Positions 49,747 to 63,598 of a DNA stretch of 64,000 nucleotides are shown piece after piece. Source of the DNA: Tricharina praecox. Taxonomy: Eukaryota. Position 1 is the first letter of the stretch. Each line of letters begins with the position of its first letter. A program made the translations under genes and the position numbers. The stretch covers positions 1,054,001 through 1,118,000 of the forward strand of contig NW_026250408.1 of NCBI RefSeq assembly GCF_024521635.1, in the 5' to 3' direction. The notes beneath the pieces are model-generated. The model was not told the origin of the DNA. It ran no database searches and saw only the letters and a program-made list of their open reading frames with translations.

Positions 49747-52044
49747 ATGTTTCGGAATGGCATAGCTATCGCGCGGCGCCCACTTCGACAGCTGACCACA
49801 CACTCGAAACATGAGGCGCCATTATTATTCGTGTGCACGGCCTGCCAGCAGCAGCAGCAGGCGAGAGCCATGGCCAGCCACGCCGCCCGCCCCGCCAAGG
49901 CCGCGAGGAAACCGAAAGTGCAGCAGGAGGACGGCATGCTCGACCAGATCCGGAGGCTCGAGGCGCACGTGCGGCTGATGGAGCGGAGCTATGTCGAACA
50001 GTTGCGGAAACGGGCGACGGAAGAGGTGGAGATTGAGTTTTCTTTTTTGGGGTTTTTTTTTGGGTTTGGACATCGGGGCGCTGACCGGCTGGTGGTGGTT
50101 CGCTGCAGGAAATACCAAAGGGTGATGTTACCGAAGAGGATAAGGACCGGGCATACGCTGCCCTCATGGCCCCGACGGAATCGCTGTTCCTACCGAAACC
50201 AGCCGAGCCCGTGGAGCGACTCCCCGCTCCGATCGTGAAGCGGTTGGGCGAGGCTGAATTGGAACTTGTCAACTCGGATGTTCCCGAGTGGAAGCTGGTA
50301 TTGACGAAGCTGGAGGAGACCGGCGGACTGGAGGGAATGGATGCCGGTGCGGTCAATGGAATGTTGGCTTGCATCGAACTTGCCCAGCGGGTGGAGCTCT
50401 CGCCGAGGATATTCGAGATGATGAAGGAGGCCAATATCGAACCAGATACCTTCACGTACGATCTGATGATGGTTGCGTTTGCGGGAATGCGCCTTCCGGC
50501 GAAGGTGAAGCATCTGTTCAAACAAATGAAGAAGAGTAAGTCTGACTACTCTACCGCCGGGCATCGCACAAAACACTGACATGAGGAATGCAGAGGGACT
50601 GAAGCCAACCGTCTACTCCTACGGCCATCTGCTCAAAGCGTACTCGCAAGAAAACGACGTCGCCAAAGCCGCCAAAGCCTTCCAGGAAATGCAAGCCGCC
50701 GGCATCGAGCCCAACCTTGTCGTCTACACCACCTTGATCCAGACCTGCATCAACCGCAAAGACCTAGACACCGCGTGGCAGGTCTTCAACCTGATCAAGT
50801 TCAAATCCACAGCGACAGCACCGGACCAATCTGCGTATGCACTGATGATCCACGCCTGCGCTCTGGACGGAGAAACCGAGAAGGCACTCGACCTGTTCGC
50901 GGACATGACGGAGCGCCGGGGGATTGCGCCTTCCGCAGAGGTGTACCACTCGGTCGTGCACGCCTGCGCCGTCCGAAAGGACTACTTCTCGGAAGCGTGG
51001 CGATACGCCGTGCGGATGCAGCGCGAGGGCATGGAGCTCAACCGGCGCGCGCTCAACGTCCTCGTGCAAGCCTGCGGGCGCACTGGAGAACTCACGCGCG
51101 CGCGACTGCTGGTGCGCCACATGATGGCCTCGGGCAAAGAAGACTTCGTCCCGGACCGCTTCACGTACCAAAACCTGTTGCGCTGCTATGCGACGTGCAA
51201 AGTGAAGCGGCCGCGCCAACAACTTCTGGACCGGCAGGTAATCGATAACGACACGGCAGCATTCATCCAGCCGGGCAAAGAGCTGCAGCCCGAAAAGGGC
51301 GGCTTCATCGAAAAGATCCCGTTCCTCGACAAAGCCGTGCTGGAAACCCAGCGCCAGGTCCTCGACGAGGCCGCGCTGATAGTCAACTGGCTCCGCGAGA
51401 CCCGCCCAGACATGGTCGATATCCAGATGATGAACTCGTACATGGACGTATGCGTCGCGCAGGACTCCCTCATGGACCTGAAATGGAGCTACGAGAACGA
51501 CACTAAGAACCCGCCGAATCCGTTCGACCGCTCGAACGCCGACGCCGAGGAGAACGCAGACGGTGACGAAACAGCCGGCACCGCAACATCCGCCTCAGCC
51601 TCAGCCGACGAAGTAGACGCCACGCTACTAATCGACCTCCCGGCGCTCAACCGGAACATCCACACCTTCAACACGGCATTACAAGGCGCACTAAAATTCC
51701 GCAACCTCCCCTTCGCGCGGCAAGTATGGGGAGACCGAATGGTGTACTCCCGCACTCCCCTATACCTATCCCTCCCAAAGCGACTCCGCGACAACCTCGA
51801 CTTCAGCGCCGAGCGGCACATGATCAACACGCTTGCGGCGACGGGGCTCATCGGCGAGGCGCTCGAGCGCATCAGGATCCTCTACGAGGAGGGCGGAATC
51901 GACTGGAAGTGGGATGACCTTAAGGGCGTCTATACCCGCGCTGCGGAAGTAGAGGATGTTAAGACTATGCGCTATATACGATTCATCACCGGTAAGGACG
52001 CTGCTGAGTACCCGCCAACGCTCGAGTGGGAGAGTGGTATGTAA
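49747..52044 (+). CDS. CCM1: Mitochondrial pentatricopeptide-repeat protein, Ccm1/Dmr1-like; exons 49747-50025, 50109-50535, 50594-52044
   Basis: Arg-rich presequence MFRNGIAIARRPLRQLTT; tandem PPR motifs (IEPDTFTYDLMM, LKPTVYSYGHLL, IEPNLVVYTTLIQTC, APDQSAYALMIHACA...EKALDLF). The PPR class is secure; the orthology call is from recalled motif similarity. Confidence 0.75.
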
Positions 52045-52661
52045 ATTGGAAATATGTTGTATTTGGCTGGCTTGCTGGCTTGGTGGGATTGGATTGGATT
52101 GGATTGGATTGGTACATATTATTCGCTTCTCTGCAGTAGGGTGGGGTGTGGTGTGGGGGTGTGGGGTGTGCTTTTCGGTGGATGGCTGGGTTATGGAACT
52201 GGAACTGGAACTGGAAGTGTAAAATAGAAGTTGACGGTGTCGGTGTTGGGGAGTTTTGAATGTGCATGTTGTACTTTACATCATGATATGTAACATACCT
52301 AGTGTAGTGTACTATAGACTGGCTACTGGCGGTGGTAGGATTCACACAAATCACAATCCTGAAAAAGAATATATGAAGATTGTGCTGTGTGGTACTCAAA
52401 TATTGATTCCATCCATCCGTCCATCCATTAACTACCCGCCAACACAGCGCAAAACGCCCCTAGATAGGTACCTATGGAAGCAGCTAAGGTACTATAGTAC
52501 TAGTATTCACACACATCATGAAAGCATTGAATCATCATCACCACGCCCCAAGCCCACGCCCCAAGCCCAAGCCGAAAAGAGAGGTAAAGAAAATAAGGGA
52601 TGAACGTATGCTACAAATTAAAATTCCCCACATGCCTGCTTGCAAACATCAAGTATCAAGA

Positions 52662-55600
52662 TCAAACATAATACCTCGGCCGATCGAAGACATGATACCT
52701 ATGCCCTCTTGCTCCGTCACCCTTAAATACCTCCGGGAACCTGAGTCCGAGGGAGACCTCCTTCTCGTCCACCTGAGTCTCACCGCCCTCCTTCTCGCCC
52801 ACAACGAACTTGCCGACCTGGATCTCGGTATCGGTAATCGTCCCGCGGGAGACGCGGGCATAGCCGACGCGGCGCAGGCCGCGGTAGAGGATGTACTCGC
52901 ACCAGCGGTCCCAGTCGCTGCTGTCGATGTCGCGCATGCGCGACTTCTCCGAGACGTAGCGGTTGTAGTTGCCCTCCTTGGGGTTGGTGACGAGGTACGA
53001 GAGGAGGATCAGCGGGCGGGGGGAGTCGGCCATGATCTGCTCGACGCCTATGCTCTGGAGGCGGCGGTCTTCGACGTCTTCTTCCTGCCCGGAGTGGAAG
53101 ACGAGGACGTCGACCATTTCGCCGTACATATCCAGCGTGGCTAAGATTGCGGGAGCGAGTTCGCCCACGGGAGAGGGCAGGAGGTGGTGCGTGGAATTCA
53201 CGATGGGAAACTTGGAGAGCAGTGCACAGCCCCATGTGTGCTTGTTTGGTCCCGGGCCAAAGTCGGCGTACATCCCCAGGTCCTCGGCGAGGAATTGTGT
53301 CATGTCACGGTTTCCCATGATGATACGCTGGAGATCGGATTCCAGCAGACCGACAACGTCAAGTTCGAGCTCCTTGATCGCGTCGCGCATCCGGCGTTCC
53401 GAAGACCACATGTCGTTGTCGAGCGCGAAGTGAACGGTCCAGATTCCGGCGGTGACAAGTTTCTCCTGCGGGTGGTAGGGGGTATAGTTAAAGGTTGGGA
53501 AGCGGAGGTAGGCTACGGAGACGGAGATCATTTGGAGAATAGTGAGGGCATATATGGTGTAAGTGCGGAAGCGGCGGCGGTGTGGGGTGTCGTGTTTGGT
53601 GTATTTGCTGCTCAACGGTTGGGGGGTTGAGGCGGCAGCCGAAATGGTCGAGAAGACACCGCATCCAATCATGGCCATCATTCCAGTGAGGACGAGGTCG
53701 CTTCGTTCACGGAGGAGAGGACCACCGGGGACGAAGGCGTACGCTACCACCCACACGTGCGCGAGGACGATGAGGTTGTAAAAGAAGAATGCCAGGCCAA
53801 AGGTCTTTCCTGGGCCATAGCGAGTCGCAGTGATGATCATAGAGGGGACGAGAGCCATGAGGTACGTAGCAAGTACAAGGGCACCGTAAAATCCAGTCCA
53901 GCCAGCTTTGCTGTAGAATGTCGCGGTGGCGATAGACGCAACACCAAAGAAGCTCCATGTCGCTGCTGCTTGCGGGTTGAAAAGACCTATCAGGAACCCG
54001 GCGCCCATGGCCGCAATCGTGTATGCACCGTGAGGAGCGGGAATGGGCCCCTTGATTGGGTAACCATCCCAAACCCAGGTGATCATGGTGCTAGAATCCG
54101 AGAGCAGAGAGTGCAAGCCAAAAATCAATCCGGCGAGGCCGATTGCCGAAAGCGTTGCGGACCCTTTCTTCTTCTGCTGCAACGGGGTAAGATCGACCGA
54201 ACCCACAGTGCTCCGCCTAGTGGACCTCAAAACGGCTAGGATCGCAAGGACCAATCCCGTCTTGTTCCATCCACCGTTGACGGAGTTCATGATCGGCCAT
54301 ACGGGGTTGTTGGTGTGGTTGGCAAATTTGGCGATGCTCGACAGAATCAATCCTAGGGAGAAGGCCGAGATCTTCGCGTTCAATCGGCTAGAGTTATTGC
54401 GTTCGGCCCAGAAGCTACCAGTCCATGCCAGGCAGGAGAAGAAAACACCCGCACCGACGGAGAAGAGCCGGGTCTCCTGGTGCGTAACCAAGAAAGCTGA
54501 GAGTCCAAGCAGTGACAATCCGTACACATAGCCAGGCTGGTTAGCAGCGATGCGGCGGACGGCGGGGATGCCTAGCAAGAATGGAGATACAGTAGTCATG
54601 ATGAGAACCTCATAGCCAGAAATTCCCATGTGCCACAGCGGGAAGTCTGAAAAACCGTCAGTTTCAACCTTCACAAACACCCACGGGGATCAACGTACAC
54701 CACACGGTAACGCCCAACGACGTCAAGATGGACCAAAACATAAACTATCACCCGACTCGTTAGCTCAGCCCCGGGTGGCGTACGGAACGCGCCGTGAGTG
54801 GACAGCTGGCAGATGCATAGAACTCACTCCAGTGTAGATGTCGGCAGCAGCATCGAAGACGTCATCCCGGGAGTATGAGGCGCCCAATAACTCCTGAGGC
54901 AAGATCTGACCGCGTTCCCTACGAGTCCCATCAATACAAGCCCCCGGCCCCATCGTCGTTTGATTGGACTCACTTGGACTTTTGAATGACGGTATCCGCT
55001 AGAAATACGTCGTTTCTATAGCACCAAAAAGAAGAAATGTAAGAATCCGGGTATTCGTTTTTCGCTCGCGATAAATAAGGCGATAATCCAACGATCTTCA
55101 ATCCTTCCTGCCGTACAGCGGGATCCTGACATACCCTTTGCTACTAATACCCCTCACGTCCACCACCCTCAATTCGAGACCAGCGAAATCAAACGCCGTA
55201 GCAGCGTCGAAACCAACGTCAAAGAGAATCAACGACCACTCGAAGAATGCGTAAATGGTGTAGGCTAGATTTCCACGAGAAATCCCGTCGTCAGTATGTT
55301 TTTACCCTGCCAACCACAAAACAACATGGGGTTTGGGCCCGCGCACCTCCGGCAACTTTGTGGACTTTGTGCTGGATGAAATAGTAGATCAATGGCACCA
55401 ACGTTCCAAAGAACAACGTGGCAAAGATCTTGCGCCACTTGATGGCGTCACGGTTCATGGGCGACAGCGCGAGACAACCCAGGGTCCACGGCAGCGTAAA
55501 CACCAGATACGAGATCATGAAGATGTCGTGCCAGGCATGGTCGTCCGTCGACGTGATGTAGACCCATCCACCGCAGAGTATAGTCCTCAGCAAGCCCACG

Positions 55601-56411
55601 GTGGCCACGAACTTGGGTCCGCGCGCGCCGGGACGCGCGGTGACAAGGTACCAGAGGATGACCAGGGCGAAGCGGGGACCCGACGTGATCGCGATGAACA
55701 CCTGGAAGATGGATCGTTCGGGATACCGGTCGCCAATCGTCGCCGAAACGGAGGGAAACCATTCTTGCGGATAACCCTGTTGTTTCGTCAGCGCTTGCAA
55801 ATGCAAGCTCGCGCGATCCGAGCAAGCATCGCGAATTACGTACATAGTACTCGTTCTTCACAATCTTATGGAAGTGTAGTGACCTGGTACGGAGAGTTGC
55901 GAGTGTCAGCTAGAGTGCTATTCGCCGCCGCTCTCGATCTGCCGGTCATCCGCTAGCGAGAAGAGCGGTCGCACGTCTGCGATCCATACATACATCCCGA
56001 CGATTAACGCGCTGAAGAAAGCACCTATTCAGCCAGCTGGCGCATCAGCACACCTTGCTCGAAATCGAAATGGCTGCATGGCAGTCAAGCTGACAGGCAG
56101 GCAGTGGGGGGGTGTATAGAGAGGTAAGGTAGGAGGCAGGCAGTGGGTTGGGTTGACCGACAGTATGCGATGAGCGTGTGCGTGTATGATATCCATTTTG
56201 CTGACACCTGTTATTGTTGCGCTCGGACGGCGGGGTGTTAGCAAGCAGAGTTTCAGTTGCATATCTGGGTAGGTATCTCGATATCGCTCGGTGCTTTGAC
56301 CGAATCGCAAAGTCGCCAGGGTGTCACAGAACGGGATGGGGCTCGCTCCGTCATCTGTAGGGAATGACGTACCGAGGCCAGGACGACACCGCCATCCTTC
56401 TCTTTCGGCAT
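52662..56411 (-). CDS. CWH43: Cwh43 (PGAP2/Frag1 domain + endonuclease/phosphatase-like C-terminus; GPI lipid remodelling); 10 exons (56411-56373, 56207-56162, 56024-55994, 55883-55844, 55776-55347, 55264-55135, 55015-54974, 54918-54828, 54744-54699, 54646-52662)
   Basis: [100 protein letters not shown]; all introns are GT-AG and keep the frame. Confidence 0.96.
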
Positions 56412-58954
56412 GAGGGAAAGACGAGAGCGATCGATTAGTCGAATGGAGAGTGGCTTTTAGCCCAAGGACTGGAAGCAGAGAGAGAGAGGTGTGTGGCTTG
56501 TTGATCGAACACCGAACGAGTGGTCGGGACGGAGTGGGAGAAGAGGTAGGGAGAAGAGAGAGAAGAAGAGAGGAAGAGAGAGAAAGCCAACAGCATCGCA
56601 GAAAGGATTTGATTACTATATCGACTGGACCCCTAACGCGAAGGTGGTCGCGGCGGGTGGTATTGGCGGCGGGTGGTATTGGCTTGGTGTTGTTGCTGGG
56701 CGGGGGGGAAGGTTGGGATTGGGGAGATACCTTCTTCTCGGCAATCACGGAATTCGGGGGTTCCGCTCCCAGGCTCTGACTGTCAACTGTCGACTGTCTT
56801 TCTTTCACACCTGGCTGTTTGTTCTCGTGGCAGATTGCCTTGCCTGACTAATAGGCAGCGGCACAACAATCTCTGGAGCACCGGCCGGAGCCGAGTGGAT
56901 TACAGAAGCAACGCCTACCGAGGCACGGCTGCAATTGAGCGAGGTGGATGGTTGAGGAAGATGGATACGGACATTCTCTTGGCACTAAGCACCGGGGGGT
57001 GGAGATCTCTGCTGTTCTGAGCCGGCCGGGGAGCGAAGGCCGAGAGAAGAAGAGGAGCCTCGTTTGCACCGTATCTACATACGGAGCAGCAGGCACGCGC
57101 GACGTGCATGTGCCAGAGGCCGCTGCAAACCTTATATAAAAACCGTGTTGAGGGATTGGAGCTCACTCCTAGACCCTTGGGATCGGGGATACCGGTCGTT
57201 GCCGTAGTGCGAGATCCAAGCCGGAGTTTCGGAACAGAAATCTATAACTCCCTAGAGCCAAGCGCCGCTTTTTGGTGTTTCACTCCACTTTCGGCCATCC
57301 TTGTCCACGTCTGGCCTGTTTTTTCTCGCTTGTGGACCCGTGTTCCCGAGTTGGCAGTAAGACACGTGATTCTCTAATGATCGCTAAATGTCCGGCGGTG
57401 GATATAACGGACCTTTGTGGCATCCAAATAGGCAATAACTGGGGCAGACATCTGTTGATTGATTGATAATTCATACAGCATGGAACCCTGAGGATATGGC
57501 CGGAAGAGGTATTGTATCCGCAATAGAGCATTTGACAAAGAAATTCCACCACCAAACCCCTGGAACAGGAATGACAGTCCAAATCCCTTTGTCCTCGCAA
57601 TGGGTATTTAAAAGTGAGCCTCCAAAGAGGCTCGAGTTTTCGGACTAATAACCACCCTTTTGATATCGATTCTATCCAATCGATTCTCTACCAATAAAGG
57701 GTTTCTCTTTTTTCTTTTTTCTTTTTTTGTAGGTGATTGGGCATCCCCGGCGACGCAGCGTGGCCACTCGAATGCGTTCTGTCTCCTACCATTGACCAGG
57801 CCGTCTAGATGTCGAGGGCTTTGAGCGGAGTGGCACTCGTATCTTTGGTATGTACAGGTGCATGAGTACATATGCCTTCCTCACCTCCGGCGGATGTGAA
57901 CGAATTTTATATCCGGCGGGCGAATACTCTAGAGGCACGCGTATGGCGAAGTAACGTAGTATCGGAGGAGATGAGCAGCAGTGGCATTCAACACGGAGCA
58001 TGGATATATCATATGGAGTACAGCAGACACTGACGGACGCAGCATCGGACAACCGCCGGAGACGGCGTTTAATTGGAGGCCGGCCGAGCCAACGGCAGTG
58101 GATTAGGCGGCGGCGGCTCTAGATCATCTCGCCTTGCCGCTCGGGTTGAAGACCGACACACCTGTTCTACATAGCGGGTATATGTTGTATCGGGATCTGT
58201 CAATGAGAGGCAGGGAATCAGCTGATTGGGCTCTCGTAGAGTGCATATATACTCCGTTCCTCTTTGTCAAGCTTTGAACACCTGAAGACGTTGACGCGCA
58301 TATGGTTGCGCGGCGGGCGGTCGAGATCCGGTGCTGTGTGGGGTGAGGAACCTTCGACGGCACCTCAGTCTGTATATAAATAGAGATCTCGCCGCCGATG
58401 ATATTGCTGTATAGAATGGATTGTCTCTTCCCGTCTACCCAAATATTCCAACACTCTTCCACTACATAATCGTGAAGCACCCCACCCCACCGTTCGAAAT
58501 CGACAAACACCAATCGTTCCGTTAACGGTGAGTTCGAGTCAGTAATTTCTGTTTTTGTTTAATCATCTTAGCATTCGAACTTAGTAGACCGTGGCTGTAG
58601 TACATATCCGGTTCCTCCCCACTGTCTCCGGCCGCTGGCCGTGAGCTCGATGTGTATGAGCCCGTAAGTATCAAGAATTTTCGTCAGAGACGCCGGAGTC
58701 AGAGTGATGACCTATGTTCGGAATTTTCCTGGCGGTAGGTGCCGTTGTTTGCTGGGTTGCTCGAGGCTCGTCCATGCAGGAGTGAAACGTCTGGTGGGAA
58801 CTTCCCACATCCAAGCGTACCTAGTTGCGGATTAAGGCTGTACCGCCGGAACTTTGGTCTGGCGAGGAATGGAAGTGTATGGCTGTCCCGCCCCGGGCAG
58901 ACTTTTCCAGGCAATACACCGTCCACCGACCGGTCCAGTCCCGTTCAGTCCCAT

Positions 58955-58991
58955 CCAGTCCAGTCCAGTCCAGTCCAGTCCAATCCAGTCC
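58955..58991. repeat. (CAGTC)n pentanucleotide microsatellite
   Basis: ccagtccagtccagtccagtccagtccaatccagtcc. Confidence 0.85.
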
Positions 58992-60311
58992 GATGGTGTA
59001 AATGTCCAGATACGGTACCCACTAGGACCCGATCACAGTACATGATTTTCCAAACCGGTCACCGAACCGCCAGTTAACGGGAAACCCTTTTTTTGTATTT
59101 TCATGAAGAGAAATTTCTTCTGCCTCAATCTCGATTCGTGCTTCAAGCTTTAAGCTTTGACTCGATCCGTCAGTTGCAATCTGTACTATCATATGTAGGC
59201 GTGTGCACGTCGTAATACGGTACCTACCTCATACCAAGGGTGTAAATATAGTAACGGGCCGCGTTTTGTGTTCTGTCGGGTGTTGGGAAGTCAAGGCTCC
59301 CGTTCCTAGGAGATGCATATCCGAGCACATGCGCAGCAACACTGAAGTCGTGATCGGTAGCGGTCAAGAACCATCAGCAATCACCCAGGAGCTGGTTCGT
59401 ATCCTCACTTGAAATGGGCGGGAGATCCATCGATCCTTTGGAAGGGAGCTTTCGTTCGGGAGGCTAGCAGACTCTGAAGAAGGTTGATTGGATAAAACCT
59501 GTTCACCAAAGCAAAGTTTAAGCAACGTGGGCCGCGTTTCATCGTGATGGCTGGCTGCGGCGTGAAAGTTTGTTCTTAGCTGGTTGAATTGCTTTTTGTC
59601 TTCTAAGAGGGTGTTGATCGCATTTCTACATGCTTTGGACGATTGGGTTGGTATGAATGAATGGGGTTTCCTGTGGTCAAGACTCAATTTGACTTCCGTC
59701 TGCCACCGTCGTCGGTCTTCCAGGTCTATTGCTACGTTACTTCGGCAACGGAAGAGCTGCGTCCGTGTAAAATAGAGTATCTGGAGTAGAGCAATGGTAC
59801 CCGGACTCTGCGGAGCTCAAGCTACATGCCGGCGGTACCGTGATGATGCCGAACCCGCAATGCTCAGAACATCTGATTTACGATCCTATCAGGGAATAGG
59901 ATATCATAGTACCATACTCTATAACCATACGGCTACCATTACCACTGACATAATCCAATCAATGATCAATCACTCGACCAACCAACTAATTGATTGAACT
60001 GTCAGCTGCTTTTGTTTCGGTGAGTGAGTGGATCGAACACCGGCATGCAGCAGGTGCTGATGTAAGCCTGAAGGAAGACGCGCTTTACTCTACTCTACTC
60101 TACTCTGTGTAATATAGACAATCACGTGCCTGGTCCGTGTGTTCTCCATCTCCAAGCTAGTATCGTCCGCAAGCGTGGTGTAACCCAACCAGAGTGCGGC
60201 TCCAACAAAAATTCAACCGCAGTGGTGAGAACCTGCCCCACAACTCTCGTCGAACTCGTCGAACCCGTCGAACTCAGCGAACCACGGCAACCTCCCTCCA
60301 TATCAATCGCC

Positions 60312-61719
60312 ATGGCCGCCGCTGACAAAGCCCGCTTCTACCTGGAGCAGTCGATCCCAGAGCTGCACGAGTACGAGAAGAAAAAAGTTTTCAACAAGGT
60401 GAGTTGTGCCTCCACCTCCCCTCCCCCCCTCCACCATCGCTGACCGTTTGTTCCAGGATGAAATCGCCGCGATAACACGCAAGCGCTCGGACTTCGAGCA
60501 CCGGATCGCGGCGTCCGGCTGCAGCGCGCAAGTGTTTACACGGTACGCATCATACGAGATGAACCTGTCCTCTTTATTCCGGCTGCGGTGCTCGCGGCTG
60601 CAGATCCGCGCGCGGATGCACTACGGGACGCGGCGGATATTTTTCATTCTCGATCGGGCAACACGGAAGTTTCCGGGAGATGTGGGCTTGTGGCTGCAGT
60701 ATATCGATTATGCGAAGAGGGAGAAGGCGAATACCGTGCTCGCGAAGGCACTAGCAAACGTGCTGAAGCTTCATCCCGCGAAACCGATGTTGTGGATTCT
60801 GGCCGCGAGGCAGGCGGTCGAGGGTGAGGGGGATGTCGCGGCTGCGAGAAGTCATATGCAGAGGGGTCTGAGGTTTAATGCTAAAAGTAGAGAACTGTGG
60901 AGGGAGTATGCCAAGCTCGAGATGGTGTTTGTGGCGAAGGTGTTCCTGCGCCGGAAGGTGCTCGGGATCGATCAGCCGAAGGAGGCGGAGGCGCAGGCGG
61001 ACAAGGACGCGGACGGCGACGAGAATATGTGGAAGCTGCCGGAGATCACGGGCGAGGACTTTGAAGGCGTCAAGAAGGACAAGTCGCTGGACACGATCGC
61101 GCTCGAGAATGCCGAGACCAACCCCGCGCTTAACGGCGCGCTGGCGATCGCGATCTTTGACCAGGCCATGAAGGAGATTCCCGGCGATCTGGCGTTCGCG
61201 GCCGAGTTCTACGATCTGTTTGCGCAGTTCGACCGGCTCAGCTGCTGTGCGAGGCTGCTCGAGCACGTCGTTAAGCATATGCTCGATACTGCGCCCAAGA
61301 GTGCCAGGTCGCTGTGGCTGGGTGTACAACTGCCGCTGTTTGGTGTCGACACGGCCGACCCGTTGTTCCCCGGACGGTTGTCGACGGCTCTCTCCGGCAT
61401 GGCGGCGGCGGTTGGCGAGACCGATCAGAAGAGCGAGCTATACCTCTCCTTTGTTAGGTACTTCACAGGGCTCCTGGAGGCCTCGCCCGAGCTGGATGCC
61501 GGCATCAGGAAGGTCATCTCGGCCAGCTTGATCAAGTACTTCAAGCAGGCAGAGAAGGAGGGCGAGACCACGCCTGAGCTCTACGCACTGTGGGTCCAGT
61601 TCACGGACCGAAGGGAAAAGAAGGAGGAAGCGGCACGAATAGCACAGAGAGGGCGTGAGAGATATCCCGGAGATCTAGTGTTGTTGCAATTGGAGGGGAG
61701 CGAGTCGAAAAGTTCTTGA
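60312..61719 (+). CDS. UTP6: U3 snoRNP / SSU processome HAT-repeat protein Utp6; intron 60399-60456
   Basis: ADKARFYLEQSIPELHEYEKKKVFNKDEIAAITRKRSDFEHRI; RIFFILDRATRKFPGDVGLWLQY; ARSHMQRGLRFN...LWREYAKLE. Confidence 0.93.
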
Positions 61720-61820
61720 TTTCACACTATTGGCATAATGTGCGGCTTTCTTTTCTTGTAGATACTTCTTATATACACACTGGCGTTTTGGGTGGTCGAT
61801 AGCATGTACCTGTACCCTGC

Positions 61821-62523
61821 TTAGTAGTCGTCGCTCGGCCTGCTTCGCCGCGAGTCTTTCTTTGCTTTCTGCACCGTCTTCAACTTCCTCCGCAACCGCT
61901 CATCCTGCTTTTGACTGTAGCGGGTCAGCCATGTGACGGTCAGTGATGCTAGAAGGGGGGAGAATACAGCTCCTTCACGCGCTTCTTCTTCTCGGCGCTG
62001 GTGACACCCGGCACGTCGACCGACACGGACTCGACCAGTATCTTATGCAGGCGCTGGTAGGCTTCCTCCAGGTTCTCGGACTGCTTCCTTGTGCCATCGG
62101 CCTGGATGACGATCTCGTCCTCGCGGGTGATATGTCTCGAGTTTTCGCGCACCTTCTGGAGCACGAAGTCCGGCAAGAAGGTTGCATTCTTGGTCAGGTC
62201 CAGATGCAGCGTTGCTTTCGTCGCCAATCTTTATTTTTTGCTTTCTTTGTCACTACGATTTCTTTCATCGGCGCATGGCACGGTGTACTATACTTGTTGA
62301 CATTCTGCCCGCCCGGACCGGACGAGGACGAGAACGAGACCGTACACGACTTCTTGGGGATGTCGGTCACTTTGAAGCTCTCGACCCACTCCCGCGCCCG
62401 CTCGATTTCTTCGTCCGACGTCCATTTGGAGGCCGTCTGCGTGCGCCAGTCGTCCGTGTAGGAGCGCGTAAGGAGGCGTCGGCTGGTCGAAGGTAGCAGT
62501 GCGCGGAGACGGAAGAGCGACAT
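61821..62523 (-). CDS. PTH4: Mitochondrial RF-1-domain peptidyl-tRNA hydrolase (Pth4/ICT1/ArfB-like); exons 62523-62294, 62228-61968, 61914-61821
   Basis: Presequence MSLFRLRALLPSTSRRLLTRSY; FSSSSGPGGQNVNKLATKATL (GGQ); RKQSENLEEAYQRL; basic tail RLRRKLKTVQKAKKDSRRS. Confidence 0.88.
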
Positions 62524-63598
62524 GGTTACAGCAGTTCGAATGGAAACCGGTCGCGGTTCTTCGGTTCGGTTTGTTCGGTTTGTTCGTTTCGTTCGTGATT
62601 GATCGATGCAGATCGGCGTCGGCTGGATGTGGAGGTGCGGGTAGTGACGTAGTGGCTGAGCGGAAGGCGGTGGGTGGCTCATGCGCTGCTGCGGGCTCGA
62701 CCGCTCTGTGGCTGCTGTGCTGTGGCCAATGTGGCTAGTGCAGCCGCTTCTGCCACCCACCCATCACTTTTCTTTTTCAACGTCCCTTCTTCGCTCCTTC
62801 TCTTCCCTTCCCTGCCCGTTCGTTGCCTTTCTCTGCGTGCCTACACACCATCCACATCAACCTCTACATCCACATCCACAGCCATATCCCCGTTCCCGTT
62901 CCACAACTCTCCGCCTTCCTGCCTGCTCTCCTCTCGTCTCGAGTCTCTCTCCTCCTCCCCTTCCAACCAACACGTCTTCTCCTTCTCTCCGCCGCCGCAC
63001 TAACACCAATTCTCCCATCATCCATCTTAAGTTAAGTTTTGCTCCAAAACTCTCGCCCGCCACCACCACCACAACAACCACCACCAAGTCAACTCAAATA
63101 CCGCCGCCCGCCCTTCAACCCTCTCCCCTTCCCCCCATTACTTCTTTCAAACCAACCTCCTCTCCCCTCTTTGACCAGTCCATCAACAACCTTCCCACCA
63201 CCACTACCACCGCCTCGCAAACCCACATCTACTCCCCAACAACAACCCACATCACAACTGCCACCACCAAACTTGCCTCGCTCCTCCGACACAGCTACAT
63301 CGTCACGAACAAAAAAAAACTCAAACAAGAAAACTCGCTGAAAATTGCCGTTTCTCTTCTCTGTCATATCCTGTCATCCGCCGCAACCCTTTCTCCCCCC
63401 ATTTCCTCCAAATACTCTACACACCCCCCTCCACCCAACTCCCCACCATCCCATCCAGCACCTCAATTCCTCGCTCGTACAGTTACAGACCGATTTCAAA
63501 GAGAAAAGAGAAAGAAGACACATACTTCAATACTTCATACAAACTCGGGTTGCCCGCTGCTGAATCGCTGCTGTTCATGCGCAAAAGCATAGTTCTGT

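Noticed and set aside
55108..55134. Alternative CAG acceptor giving a 27-nt CWH43 intron
   Set aside because: Too short for a fungal intron; the TAG at 55016-55018 gives an in-frame 42-nt exon instead
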